A stretch of DNA of 64,000 bases from Armatimonadota bacterium (GTDB taxonomy: Bacteria > Sysuimicrobiota > Sysuimicrobiia > Sysuimicrobiales > Humicultoraceae), in assembly GCA_037443365.1 (NCBI GenBank), contig JBBIOM010000006.1, positions 8,642 through 72,641 of the forward strand, read 5' to 3'. How positions within the stretch are numbered: position 1 is the stretch's first letter; each line of letters starts with the position of its first letter. Below the pieces are notes generated by a model. That model saw only the letters and a program-made list of their open reading frames with translations. It made no database searches and was not told where the DNA came from. This document shows, one piece after another, positions 55,001 through 64,000 of the stretch. A program made the position numbers and the translations under genes.

Positions 55001-56053
55001 TCACCAGATATCGCCGACCTTGAAGCCCTCCGGGAACGGATCCTCCGGATCGAGAACGTACGTGGCGAATCCTGTTATCCAGGCCTGTCCGCTGATTGTC
55101 GGTGTGACCGCCGGGTATTCACCGACCCTGGTCTCGCCGACCAGCCGGCCGGTGAAGACCGTGCCCAGGATGCCTTCGTGCCGGAAGTCCTCGTGCAGAG
55201 CCAACTGTCCCTTGGCGTGGAGTGTCGCCATCTTGGCGCACGTACCCGTGCCGCAGGGCGAGCGGTCGATCACCCCTGTCCAGGTGGAGGGATTGCTCCA
55301 GTCGAGCGTGCCGGTTGACATCGCCACGACGTTCTTGCGGTGCGCGTCCGGATGCGACGCCGGTCCCGACAATTGGGCAATCGTGACCCCCTCGAACCCG
55401 GGCTGCTCCGGATGCCGCACCGGAAGCTGCTCGCGCGCCGCCGCCTTGACCATCTCGCCGATGCGCACGATGTCACGCCCCTCGTCGGGGGTCAGGCGCA
55501 GACCGAACTGCGAGGCGTCGGCGATGACGTAGAACATGCCGCCGTAGGCCACGTCGACCGCAACCGCGCCGATCTCGGGCACCTCTATGACCCGGTCAAG
55601 GTGCACGGCAAACGCAGGCACGTTCTGGAAGGTCACGCGGCGGACCTTGCCGCCGGCGCAGTCGGCGCGCACCCGGATGAGGCCGGCCGGGGCCTCCAGG
55701 GTGATCTCTGTCGCCGGTTCACGCATCGGCAGCACCCCGGTCTCAAGAAGCGCGGTCGTGACGCACATCGTGTTCGTCCCCGACATGCCCGGGTACTCGG
55801 TCTGTTCCATGATGACGAATCCGGCATCGGCCGCGGGGTCGGCGGGCGGCAGCACGATGTTGCAGTTCGCCGCCGGATAGCCGCGGGGCTCCCTGAGCAT
55901 GCGCAGCCGCAGGCCGTCGGCGTGTGTCTGGAGGTGCTTCATCTTCTCGAACATCGTGCGGCCGGGCACGTCGAGGATTCCGCCCACGATCACGCGGCCG
56001 GGCTCACCGCCTGCATGGAGATCGATCGCATGGAGCATCTGGGAGATGCGCAT
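55001..56053 (-). CDS. Proline racemase family protein (Ser/Cys catalytic pair)
   Basis: Motifs HAGGEPGR, EPRG, MSGTN, DVAYGG, DRSPCGTGT. Confidence 0.92.
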   Translation of the reverse strand: MRISQMLHAIDLHAGGEPGRVIVGGILDVPGRTMFEKMKHLQTHADGLRLRMLREPRGYPAANCNIVLPPADPAADAGFVIMEQTEYPGMSGTNTMCVTTALLETGVLPMREPATEITLEAPAGLIRVRADCAGGKVRRVTFQNVPAFAVHLDRVIEVPEIGAVAVDVAYGGMFYVIADASQFGLRLTPDEGRDIVRIGEMVKAAAREQLPVRHPEQPGFEGVTIAQLSGPASHPDAHRKNVVAMSTGTLDWSNPSTWTGVIDRSPCGTGTCAKMATLHAKGQLALHEDFRHEGILGTVFTGRLVGETRVGEYPAVTPTISGQAWITGFATYVLDPEDPFPEGFKVGDIW

Positions 56054-56232
56054 CGGCCCCTCCTGCGGGACATCCATCTCGGTCCCCGACTGGTCTGGAG
56101 TATACATCCCTATGACCCGGATCGGCAGCACCGGCCCCTGCTGGCACCAGGGGTTTCCCAGAAGGAACTCGGTCTTGCGCCGACAAACCTTGCCGCGGTG
56201 CAATGAGATCGTGAGGTTCGAAAGGAGGTCAT

Positions 56233-57186
56233 ATGTTCGACTTGGTAACCCTGGGCGAAGCGATGATCCGGCTCGCCGCCCCACACGGCGAGAGCCTGGA
56301 GTCTGCCACCAACCTTGAGATGCGCTCCGCGGGCGCCGAGGCCAACGTCGCCGTGGTGCTTGCCAGGATGGGGTATCGGACTTCGTGGATCTCCAGGCTC
56401 CCGGACGATCCCCTGGGCCGCAGGATCGCCGGCGACCTGCGCCGCCACGGTGTGGACACGTCGGCGGTGGCCTGGGCGGCGGGCGGCAGGACCGGCCTCT
56501 ACTTCCTCGAGCAGGCCCCTCCGCCTCGCGGCGTTACGGTCTACTACGACCGGGGCGGGTCGGCCTTCAGCGCGCTCGATCCTGACAGGATCGACTGGGC
56601 GCCTGTCAGGCAGTCCCGGTGGGCCCACACCACCGGGATAACGCCAGCCCTTGGTGAGGCCTGCGCGCGCGCCGCTGTCAGGTTCCTCGCCGAGGCCAGG
56701 GCGGCCGGTGTGCCAACTTCCCTCGACGTGAACCACCGCAGGAAGCTCTGGGATGCGAAGCGGGCGCGCGCCACGCTGGAGCCGCTGCTTGAAGGTATCA
56801 ACGTCGTCATCGCCGCGCAGGAGGATGCACGAGAGGTCTTCGATCTGCAGGGCTCCCCTCCAGACCTGGCCGAGCGACTGCGGGAGCGCGTACGTGCCGG
56901 CGCGGCGGTTGTCACCGCCGGGAGTGAAGGCGCCTACCTGGCCGACGACGATGCGGTGTACGGCGAGCCAGCCATTCCAGGGGTCGAGGTCGATCCCATC
57001 GGCCGTGGGGACGCGTTTGCCGCAGGGCTGATATGGGGCGCGCTCGAGGGAGATCTTTGCGCAGGCCTCAGGTACGGCGTGGCCCTCGCGTCGCTGTCAC
57101 AGACCTTCTGGGGAGACGTTCCCTGGGTCACCAGGCAGGAGGTTCTGGGACTGCTCACCAGCCGATCCGCCAAACCGGAACGATAG
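56233..57186 (+). CDS. PfkB family sugar kinase (KDG kinase-like)
   Basis: Motifs GAEANVA, TGLYF, DVNHRRKLW, DPIGRGDAFAAG. Confidence 0.9.
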   Translation: MFDLVTLGEAMIRLAAPHGESLESATNLEMRSAGAEANVAVVLARMGYRTSWISRLPDDPLGRRIAGDLRRHGVDTSAVAWAAGGRTGLYFLEQAPPPRGVTVYYDRGGSAFSALDPDRIDWAPVRQSRWAHTTGITPALGEACARAAVRFLAEARAAGVPTSLDVNHRRKLWDAKRARATLEPLLEGINVVIAAQEDAREVFDLQGSPPDLAERLRERVRAGAAVVTAGSEGAYLADDDAVYGEPAIPGVEVDPIGRGDAFAAGLIWGALEGDLCAGLRYGVALASLSQTFWGDVPWVTRQEVLGLLTSRSAKPER

Positions 57187-57271
57187 GATTCCGCTCCCAT
57201 CTGGGGCTGCGGCAGGCTGGGAGGTCGAGCAGGAGTCGGCCTCCCAGCACCGAAGGTCTCTTGTGTCTGTT

Positions 57272-57288
57272 GGTCTGATTGTCTGACC
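57272..57288. promoter_or_regulatory. Possible FadR-type operator upstream of the TRAP operon
   Basis: GGTCTGA-TTG-TCTGACC imperfect inverted repeat. Confidence 0.4.
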
Positions 57289-57360
57289 GCCCGCAAGGTA
57301 GGGTGTGGTTTACGCGATGCACCGGATCGAGAACCAAGATCCAACGGGGAGGGCAACCCA

Positions 57361-58374
57361 ATGACGACCAGGCTACGCAGGAATGGGATAGTGTTCGTCG
57401 TCATCGCCCTGGTAGTGGTGGTGTTGAGCGCGTTCGGTGTGACTCCGGGCCAGGCAGGACCCGGCCTTGAGAGAGTCACCATGCTCGGCGGACCGCCGGG
57501 CGGGGTCTTCGGCATCTTCGCGACCGGCCTTGGCACTTATCTGACGCGCGCGGTGCCTGGGGTGGATGTCTCGGTTGCAGCCACGGGCGGCTCGGTGGAG
57601 AACGTACGCCGTGTGAATGCCGGCGAGGCCGAGATGGGCATTGCTTTCGCCTCGGATCTCCACGAAGGATACACCGGCGTGGACGCGTTCCGCGGCAGCC
57701 CCCAGACGAACATCAGGGCGATCGGGATGATCTTCACGGGCGTGGCACACGTCGTCACCTTCCGCGACAGCGGGATCCGCACGGCGGAGGATCTGGCCGG
57801 CAAGCGGGTCGCCGTGGGCACGCCAGGCTCAGGCACGTTCGCCAGCGCCGAGCGCGTGTTCAGGAAGCTGGGCGTCTGGGAACGCATGACCCGGGTGCCG
57901 CTGCTGGGCGCCGCGGCCGGCGCCGCTATGGCCGAGGGCAGGGCGGACGCCTACTTCTGGACCGGCCCCTATCCCGACCGCGTGACCATAGAGGCCGCGA
58001 TGGTGAAGCCAGTGCACTTCATAGACATCTATGGGCCGCTGACGCGCACCGACTTCTTCGCGGTCTACCCGTACTTCTCACGCTACCTGATACCGGGCGG
58101 CGCCTACGCTGGGGTCGCCGAGAACGTCTTCGCGCTGGGAATCCCCGCGATGTGGTTCTCCAACGCCAAGACCGCACCGGCGTTAATCCAGCGGCTGGTT
58201 GAAGCAGGCTACAGCCGCGACGGTCACGGCCACATGCTCAGGGTCCACAGCGCCTCCTCGGACATGACACCCAGGAGGGCGCTGCAGGGAGTGACGATAC
58301 CGCTGCACAAGGGCGCGGAGGCACACTGGCTCTCCGTGGGTCTTGAGATCCCTGAGCGGATCCGGGCGCGGTAG
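57361..58374 (+). CDS. TAXI-family TRAP transporter solute-binding protein
   Basis: Motifs ATGGSVENV, DLAGKRVAVGTPGSGT, IPLHKGA. Confidence 0.92.
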   Translation: MTTRLRRNGIVFVVIALVVVVLSAFGVTPGQAGPGLERVTMLGGPPGGVFGIFATGLGTYLTRAVPGVDVSVAATGGSVENVRRVNAGEAEMGIAFASDLHEGYTGVDAFRGSPQTNIRAIGMIFTGVAHVVTFRDSGIRTAEDLAGKRVAVGTPGSGTFASAERVFRKLGVWERMTRVPLLGAAAGAAMAEGRADAYFWTGPYPDRVTIEAAMVKPVHFIDIYGPLTRTDFFAVYPYFSRYLIPGGAYAGVAENVFALGIPAMWFSNAKTAPALIQRLVEAGYSRDGHGHMLRVHSASSDMTPRRALQGVTIPLHKGAEAHWLSVGLEIPERIRAR

Positions 58375-58482
58375 GGCACGCGGCGTGAGTATCATCCCCC
58401 GGCCAAGCGGGGCGCGCTGCGCGAGCACGCCTGGTGGGGCCGCAAGGCAGGCATCGGTCGCACGCCAGGACAGGGGTCGCGC

Positions 58483-60363
58483 ATGAGCCGAAGCCTCAAA
58501 CGCTCGTGGGACCTCATCGCACAACTACTGATGGCAGCCACCGTCCTGTACTACCTCAGGACCGCGGCCTTCGGCATGACATCGCTGCAGCACCACCGAG
58601 GGATCGCGCTGCTGTTCAGCCTGAGCGCGGCTCTCCTTCTCTACCGCGGGTGGAAGCGGTCGCCGAAGGACGCTCCTGGCCTATTCGATCTCCTGATGAT
58701 CGGGGGCGCCACGGTCGGCATCGGATACTGGATCGTCCTCCACGAGGCGCTGGCCTACCGGGCAGGCGCCTACACGCGCACGGACTTCTACATGGGGCTG
58801 GTGGTGATCGCTTTGTCCCTGGAGGCCGCTCGCCGCGTGCTGGGCCGCCCCCTCACCGTCATCGCCCTGCTTGCGATCGGTTACGCGCTCTTCGGGAACT
58901 ACCTCCCTCCGGTTATCGGGCACAGGGGGTTCACCTTCCGGCGCGTCATCGAGTACCTGTACCTGACCTCGGAGGGCGTCTTCGGGGTGATGGCCGAGGT
59001 CCTGGCGACATTCATACTGCCCTTCGTGGCGTTCGGGGCCTTCATGCTGCGGGCGGGCGTGGCCAAGGTCTTCGTGGACATCTCGATGGCGCTGTTCGGC
59101 CGCATCTCCGGCGGACCGGCCCAGGTCGCCGTTGTCTCTAGCGCACTGCTGGGCTCGATCAACGGCAGCCCCATCGCCAACACCGCGACGACCGGCTCGG
59201 TCACGATACCCCTGATGAAGAAGACAGGGTTCCCACCGCACATCGCAGCCGCGGTGGAGGCCTCGGCGTCCACGGGCGGGATGATCCTCCCGCCTGTCAT
59301 GGGCGCCGGCGCGTTCATCATGGCCGAGATGACCGGGATTCCCTACGTCCAGATAGTGAAGATGTCCATCGTACCCGGGATACTCTTCTTCCTGTCGGTG
59401 GGGATCATGGTCTACCTCGAGTCGCGGAAGCTGGGGCTGCGCGGGCTCAGCCCGCAGGAGATGCCGCGTCTGGGCGAGGTGATCCGTGGCGGCTGGCACA
59501 TGTTCCTGCCCATCGTCGTTCTGGTGGCCTCGCTCGTCGAGGGCTACACGCCCGCCCGCTCAGCCGTCCACGCCATAGTTGCGACAATCCTCGTGAGCTG
59601 GGTGCGCCGCGAGACCCGGATGGGTCCGTCCGAGGTGTGGCAGGCGCTCCTCGACGGCGGGAAGGCCTCGGTCTTCGTCGGCGCTGCGACGGGCGCCGTC
59701 GGCATAATCGTCGGTGTGCTCGCGCTCACGGGGATAGGGATCAGGTTCTCGACAATCATGCTGACGCTGGCAGGGCAGAGCCTTCCACTGGTGCTGCTGC
59801 TGGTGGCGATCGCATCGTTCGTCCTGGGGATGGGGATGCCCATCACGGCGGCCTACCTTGTCGTGGCCGTGGCGGCCGCGCCCGCCCTTGCCGAGATGGG
59901 CGTGCCGCTCATCGCGGCCCACCTCATCATATTCTGGCTGAGCCTCGACTCGAACATAACGCCCCCGGTCGCCCTGGGCGCCTATACAGCGGCCGCGATC
60001 GCCGACGCCGATCCCTGGCGCACCGGGTGGAACAGCTTCAGATTCGCCAAGCTGATCTACGTGATGCCGGTGCTCTTCGCCTACACGCACATCCTGTTTA
60101 CCGGGACCCCTTCCGAGAACGCTTGGGCGGTGATATCGGCTATCGTGGGCACCGTGGCGTTCTCGATAATGAGCACCGGGTTCTTCCTGGTGAGGACAGG
60201 CCTGGTGGAGTGGCTGTTGCTGGCCGCGGCCACGGTCCTCGCCTTCATTCCGGGGCTGGCCACCGATCTCTCGGCCATCGCCATATTCATCGCGGTCTAC
60301 TTCTGGCAGCGACAGAAGACCCGGGTTTCGCTTCGGGCTGCTGATCAGGCGGTCCGGCCGTAG
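58483..60363 (+). CDS. TRAP transporter fused 4TM/12TM permease
   Basis: Motifs GGPAQVAV, TGSVTIPLMKK, EASASTGG..PPVMGAGAF, ITPPVAL. Confidence 0.93.
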   Translation: MSRSLKRSWDLIAQLLMAATVLYYLRTAAFGMTSLQHHRGIALLFSLSAALLLYRGWKRSPKDAPGLFDLLMIGGATVGIGYWIVLHEALAYRAGAYTRTDFYMGLVVIALSLEAARRVLGRPLTVIALLAIGYALFGNYLPPVIGHRGFTFRRVIEYLYLTSEGVFGVMAEVLATFILPFVAFGAFMLRAGVAKVFVDISMALFGRISGGPAQVAVVSSALLGSINGSPIANTATTGSVTIPLMKKTGFPPHIAAAVEASASTGGMILPPVMGAGAFIMAEMTGIPYVQIVKMSIVPGILFFLSVGIMVYLESRKLGLRGLSPQEMPRLGEVIRGGWHMFLPIVVLVASLVEGYTPARSAVHAIVATILVSWVRRETRMGPSEVWQALLDGGKASVFVGAATGAVGIIVGVLALTGIGIRFSTIMLTLAGQSLPLVLLLVAIASFVLGMGMPITAAYLVVAVAAAPALAEMGVPLIAAHLIIFWLSLDSNITPPVALGAYTAAAIADADPWRTGWNSFRFAKLIYVMPVLFAYTHILFTGTPSENAWAVISAIVGTVAFSIMSTGFFLVRTGLVEWLLLAAATVLAFIPGLATDLSAIAIFIAVYFWQRQKTRVSLRAADQAVRP

Positions 60364-60393
60364 GTGATCTAGGCGCTTGGAAGAGGACGCCCG

Positions 60394-61134
60394 ATGCCCG
60401 TGATGCTCAAGAAGAGCAAGTTCTACGAGCTGATCGCCGAGGATCTGTCAGTGCAGATCCGCGAGCACCGGCTGCAGCCCGGAGAGCCCCTTCCCACAGA
60501 GCGCGACCTGGCGCAGACCTACGGTGTTGGAAGATCCTCGGTGCGCGAGGCGATGCGCATGCTCGAGTCCAGGGGGCTGATCGGGCCTGCAGGCAAGGGC
60601 TCGTTCGTCGTGGCCGGGTACGGTAATCCCCTCAGTGACTCCCTGCGCTTCCTCCTAGCCGCGAAGGAGACCGACCTCGGGGAGCTTTACGAGGCGCGCA
60701 AGATACTGGAGGCCGAGACGGCGGCGCTGGCCGCGCTGAGGCGAACCGATGCCGATCTGGCAAGGATGCGCGGCCACATCGAGGAGATGTCCGCGGGCCT
60801 TGCCTCGCAGGAGAAGTACATCGAGGCAGACCTGCAGTTCCACCTGGCGGTGGCCGCCGCCACCCGAAACAGGGTGGTCGTTCACGTCATGGGGGCGATT
60901 AGGGACCTGCTGCACCGCGCGCTGGGCTCCATCTTCCACATACCCGGAAGCCCGCAGCAGTCGATCGCCCAGCACCGTCTCATCACGGAGGCGATAGCCG
61001 CGGGCGATCCCGATGCCGCGCGGCAGCGGATGCTGGAGCACCTGGCGAGGGTTGAGAAGGACATCCAGCACGTGCTCACCCGCAGCGCGGAAGATGGCGG
61101 GCCAGCACAGACGGTCGGACAAGAGGGTCACTGA
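60394..61134 (+). CDS. FadR/GntR family regulator
   Basis: Motifs LPTERDLA..YGVGRSSVREA, EARKILE, DLQFH. Confidence 0.92.
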   Translation: MPVMLKKSKFYELIAEDLSVQIREHRLQPGEPLPTERDLAQTYGVGRSSVREAMRMLESRGLIGPAGKGSFVVAGYGNPLSDSLRFLLAAKETDLGELYEARKILEAETAALAALRRTDADLARMRGHIEEMSAGLASQEKYIEADLQFHLAVAAATRNRVVVHVMGAIRDLLHRALGSIFHIPGSPQQSIAQHRLITEAIAAGDPDAARQRMLEHLARVEKDIQHVLTRSAEDGGPAQTVGQEGH

Positions 61135-61144
61135 GGAGGGACGG

Positions 61145-62029
61145 ATGCAGCGACTGGGCTACGTGGGTTTGGGCGTGATGGGTGGACGGATCGCCAAGCG
61201 TCTGCTGGACGCGGGCTATCCCGTGTTGGGCTACAACCGCACCAGGGAGAAGGCGCGGTGGCTGGAGGAGGCGGGCCTGAGGCTGGCGGACTCGCCGCGG
61301 GCGGTCGCCGAGGCCTCCGACGTCGTGTTCTCGATGGTCACGAACACGGCGGCCCTGAGAGAGGTCACCGATGGTCCTGACGGCATACTCGCCGGCCTCC
61401 GCCCGGGGAGCGTGTACATAGACATGAGCACCGCGAGCCCCCGTGTCAGCGCTGATCTGGCGGCCCGGGTCGCGCAGCTGGGCGCGCGGATGCTCGACGC
61501 CCCGGTATCAGGGAGCGTGGCGACGCTGGAGGCAGGGCGGCTCTCGATCATGGTGGGCGGCGATCGCGAGGTCTGTGACCGCGTCCTGCCGGTCCTCGAG
61601 GCGATTGGCCCCACCGTGGACTACGTTGGCGAGAACGGCCAGGCGGTTCTCCTCAAGATCGCGAGCAACCTGAGCCTGGCCGTTCAGATGCTGGCGTTCA
61701 GCGAGGGCGTGCTGCTTGCCGAGAAGCGCGGGATCGCGCGGGCGACCGCGGTCAAGGTGCTGCTGAACAGCGTCATGGCCTCACCGATGCTGCGCTACCG
61801 CGGTCCCTTTGTGCTCGAGATGCCTGAGGAGGCCTGGTTCGACGTCACCATGATGCAGAAGGACCTGCAGCTCGCGCTCGAGATGGGCCGCGAGCTCGAG
61901 GTCCCGCTGCCCACAACCGGGGTGACCAACGAGATGCTCACCTCGGCCCGGGCCATGGGGCTTTCCAGGCAGGACTTCGCGGCCGTATTCAAGGTGCTGG
62001 CCCGCATGGCAGGCCTGGGAGGCTCGTAG
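61145..62029 (+). CDS. Beta-hydroxyacid dehydrogenase (3-hydroxyisobutyrate/tartronate semialdehyde reductase family)
   Basis: Motifs GYVGLGVMG, YNRT, DMST, DAPVSG, KIASN, KDL. Confidence 0.9.
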   Translation: MQRLGYVGLGVMGGRIAKRLLDAGYPVLGYNRTREKARWLEEAGLRLADSPRAVAEASDVVFSMVTNTAALREVTDGPDGILAGLRPGSVYIDMSTASPRVSADLAARVAQLGARMLDAPVSGSVATLEAGRLSIMVGGDREVCDRVLPVLEAIGPTVDYVGENGQAVLLKIASNLSLAVQMLAFSEGVLLAEKRGIARATAVKVLLNSVMASPMLRYRGPFVLEMPEEAWFDVTMMQKDLQLALEMGRELEVPLPTTGVTNEMLTSARAMGLSRQDFAAVFKVLARMAGLGGS

Positions 62030-63000
62030 TGCCGGCAGTGGTGGACCTGGACCGCTGGGTCGCGGCCTACGGGCTGATGGCCACGATAAGGGCATTTGAG
62101 GAGGGCGTGAACCAGCTCTACATCACCGCCAAGATGCCTGGGCTGGCGCACCTGTACACCGGCCAGGAGGCGACCGCGGTCGGGGTGTGCATGGCTCTGG
62201 GCCCGCAGGACTACATCACGAGCACCCATAGGGGCCATGGCCACTGCCTGGCCAAGGGGGCCTCGCCTGACCGCATGTTCGCGGAGCTGCTTGGGAAGGC
62301 CGCCGGGTACTGCAAGGGCAAGGGCGGCTCGATGCACATCGCCGATCCCGACACGGGTAACCTGGGCGCCAACGCGATAGTCGGCGGGAGCGCCGGAATA
62401 GCCACTGGCGCCGCTCTCTCTGCCAAGAGGCTCGGCACCGATCGTGTGTCGGTGTGCTTCTTCGGAGAGGGCGCGCTGGGGCAGGGGGTCCTCTACGAGG
62501 TAATGAACCTGGCTTCGCTGTGGGCGTTGCCGGTGATCTATGTCTGCGAGAACAACCTCTACAGCGAGTACACCCTCTACACCGAGACGGCGGCGGGTTC
62601 CCTCAGGGCTAGGCCCGAGGCCTTCGGCATACCCGCCTGGGAGGTGGACGGACAGGATGTGCGCGCCGTCTACGCCGCCTCCGTGGAGGCGGTGGGGCGC
62701 ACGAGGCGGGGGGAGGGCCCGGCCGCCCTGTTCTGCAACACCTACCGCTACTACGGACACCATGTGGGCGACATCAACCGTGCCTACTACCGGTCAAAGG
62801 ATGAGGAGCAGCGGTGGAGGGCAGAGCGCGATCCACTGGCGATCCTGCGCCGCTGGCTGGTGGAGGACGCCGGCGTGGATCCATCCGTCCTGGACGAGCT
62901 TGAGAGCCACGCCCAGGCCAAGGTGGCAGCAGGGATGGAGTTCGGGCTGGCCGCACCCTATCCCGAGCCAGAAGAGGTGGGTCGAGATGTCTACGCTTAG
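62029..63000 (+). CDS. TPP-dependent dehydrogenase E1 alpha subunit (AcoA/PdhA-like)
   Basis: Motifs HLYTGQEA, STHRGHGH, GKGGSMH, FFGEGA...ENNLY, TYRYYGH. Confidence 0.93.
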   Translation: MPAVVDLDRWVAAYGLMATIRAFEEGVNQLYITAKMPGLAHLYTGQEATAVGVCMALGPQDYITSTHRGHGHCLAKGASPDRMFAELLGKAAGYCKGKGGSMHIADPDTGNLGANAIVGGSAGIATGAALSAKRLGTDRVSVCFFGEGALGQGVLYEVMNLASLWALPVIYVCENNLYSEYTLYTETAAGSLRARPEAFGIPAWEVDGQDVRAVYAASVEAVGRTRRGEGPAALFCNTYRYYGHHVGDINRAYYRSKDEEQRWRAERDPLAILRRWLVEDAGVDPSVLDELESHAQAKVAAGMEFGLAAPYPEPEEVGRDVYA

Positions 63001-64000
63001 GACGGCGGCGCCTCCTGACACCGAGAAGGCAATCCGAGAGATCACCTTTGCACAGGCCGTCAGGGAGGCGCTCGCGGAGGAGATGCGTCGCGATCCCAGG
63101 GTGATCATCCTCGGAGAGGACGTCGCGGAGGCCGGCACGCCGTTCAAGGTGCTCTCAGGGCTGGTCGAGGAGTTCGGCACGGACAGGGTCATTGACACCC
63201 CGATATCCGAGGCCGGCTTCACCGGGATTGCGGTCGGGGCCGCGATGACCGGGCTGAGGCCCATCGCCGACATCATGTTCGGCGATTTCCTCACGCTGGC
63301 CATGGACCAGATCGTGAACCAGGCCGCCAAGGTCCACTACATGTCGGGCGGCCGCCTCAGCGTACCCATGGTGGTCCGCGCCACGCTGGGCGCCACCCGA
63401 CGCTCCGCGGCCCAGCACAGCCAGAGCCTGCATGCCTGGTTCGGCCACGTACCGGGTTTGAAGGTGGTGTTGCCGTCCACTCCCTACGACGCGAAGGGGC
63501 TGCTGAAGACGGCTATCCGTGATGACAACCCGGTGCTGTTCTTCGAGGACAAGCTGATGTTCCAGACCCGGGGGCCGGTGCCCGAGGAGGAATACACGAT
63601 TCCCTTCGGAGTGGCAGACCTCAAGCGGGAAGGGATGGATGTGACCCTCGTGGCGACAAGCAGCATGGTGCAGGTTGCCCTCGACGCTGCGCTGCTCCTT
63701 GAGCAGGATGGCATCAGCGCCGAGGTGATCGACCCGCGCACCACCGTTCCCCTGGACGCTGGCACGATCGTCGAGTCAGCCAAGAAGACCGGGCGAGCCA
63801 TCGTGGTGGATGAGGGCCACGAGCGATACGGGGTTACTGCCGAGATCGCCTCTGTCATCGCAGAAGGTGCCTTCTACCATCTTGATGTCCCTGTCAGGCG
63901 GTTGGGGGCCATGGACGTGCCCGTGCCCTTCTCACCGGTGCTAGAGGACCTCACGGTGCCCACGCCCGAGAGGGTGGCGGCAGAGGCGAGAGCGCTCTGC
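62987..64000 (+). CDS. TPP-dependent dehydrogenase E1 beta subunit (runs off the window end)
   Basis: Read manually: MSTLR...EITFAQAVREALAEEMRRDP, GEDV, DTPISE, AAQHSQ, DPRT..PLD. No stop before 64000. Confidence 0.93.
   Translation, partial: MSTLRTAAPPDTEKAIREITFAQAVREALAEEMRRDPRVIILGEDVAEAGTPFKVLSGLVEEFGTDRVIDTPISEAGFTGIAVGAAMTGLRPIADIMFGDFLTLAMDQIVNQAAKVHYMSGGRLSVPMVVRATLGATRRSAAQHSQSLHAWFGHVPGLKVVLPSTPYDAKGLLKTAIRDDNPVLFFEDKLMFQTRGPVPEEEYTIPFGVADLKREGMDVTLVATSSMVQVALDAALLLEQDGISAEVIDPRTTVPLDAGTIVESAKKTGRAIVVDEGHERYGVTAEIASVIAEGAFYHLDVPVRRLGAMDVPVPFSPVLEDLTVPTPERVAAEARALC

Noticed and set aside
1-64000. CRISPR arrays, rRNA genes, transposases
   Set aside because: None seen: no regularly spaced repeats and no matching ORFs.

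Overview
High-GC bacterial chromosome segment, almost fully coding. 1-17 kb holds tag, gmhA, an AfuABC/FbpABC-type ABC transporter, an S9 peptidase, a GntR + peptide ABC module, ArsR/Xis/MFS, and a Phd-RelE toxin-antitoxin pair upstream of fumC. 17-45 kb is core metabolism: sucC-(phosphatase)-sucD, rapZ-yvcK, tryptophanase, nuoAHJKLMN, a complete V/A-type ATPase operon, gap-pgk-tpiA, secG and tRNA-Leu(GAG). From 45 kb the content looks accessory: a 2.2-kb integrase-less AbiE islet bounded by a 16-bp tRNA 3'-end repeat, a HypD glycyl-radical hydroxyproline cluster, and a TAXI-TRAP/E1 dehydrogenase catabolic cluster. Four things stand out. (1) The complex I operon encodes only the membrane arm, and its NuoL carries a 26-residue tandem duplication in the amphipathic helix (the hallmark of '2M' complexes) although only one nuoM is present. 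(2) The family-5 solute-binding protein at 8.7 kb is circularly permuted. (3) Fumarase is fused in frame to an alkyltransferase-like (ATL) DNA-damage sensor domain. (4) The GRE hydroxyproline locus includes a Ser/Cys proline-racemase homologue and sits next to a perfect SOS-box-like palindrome. All calls come from motif recognition by eye; no database searches were run.
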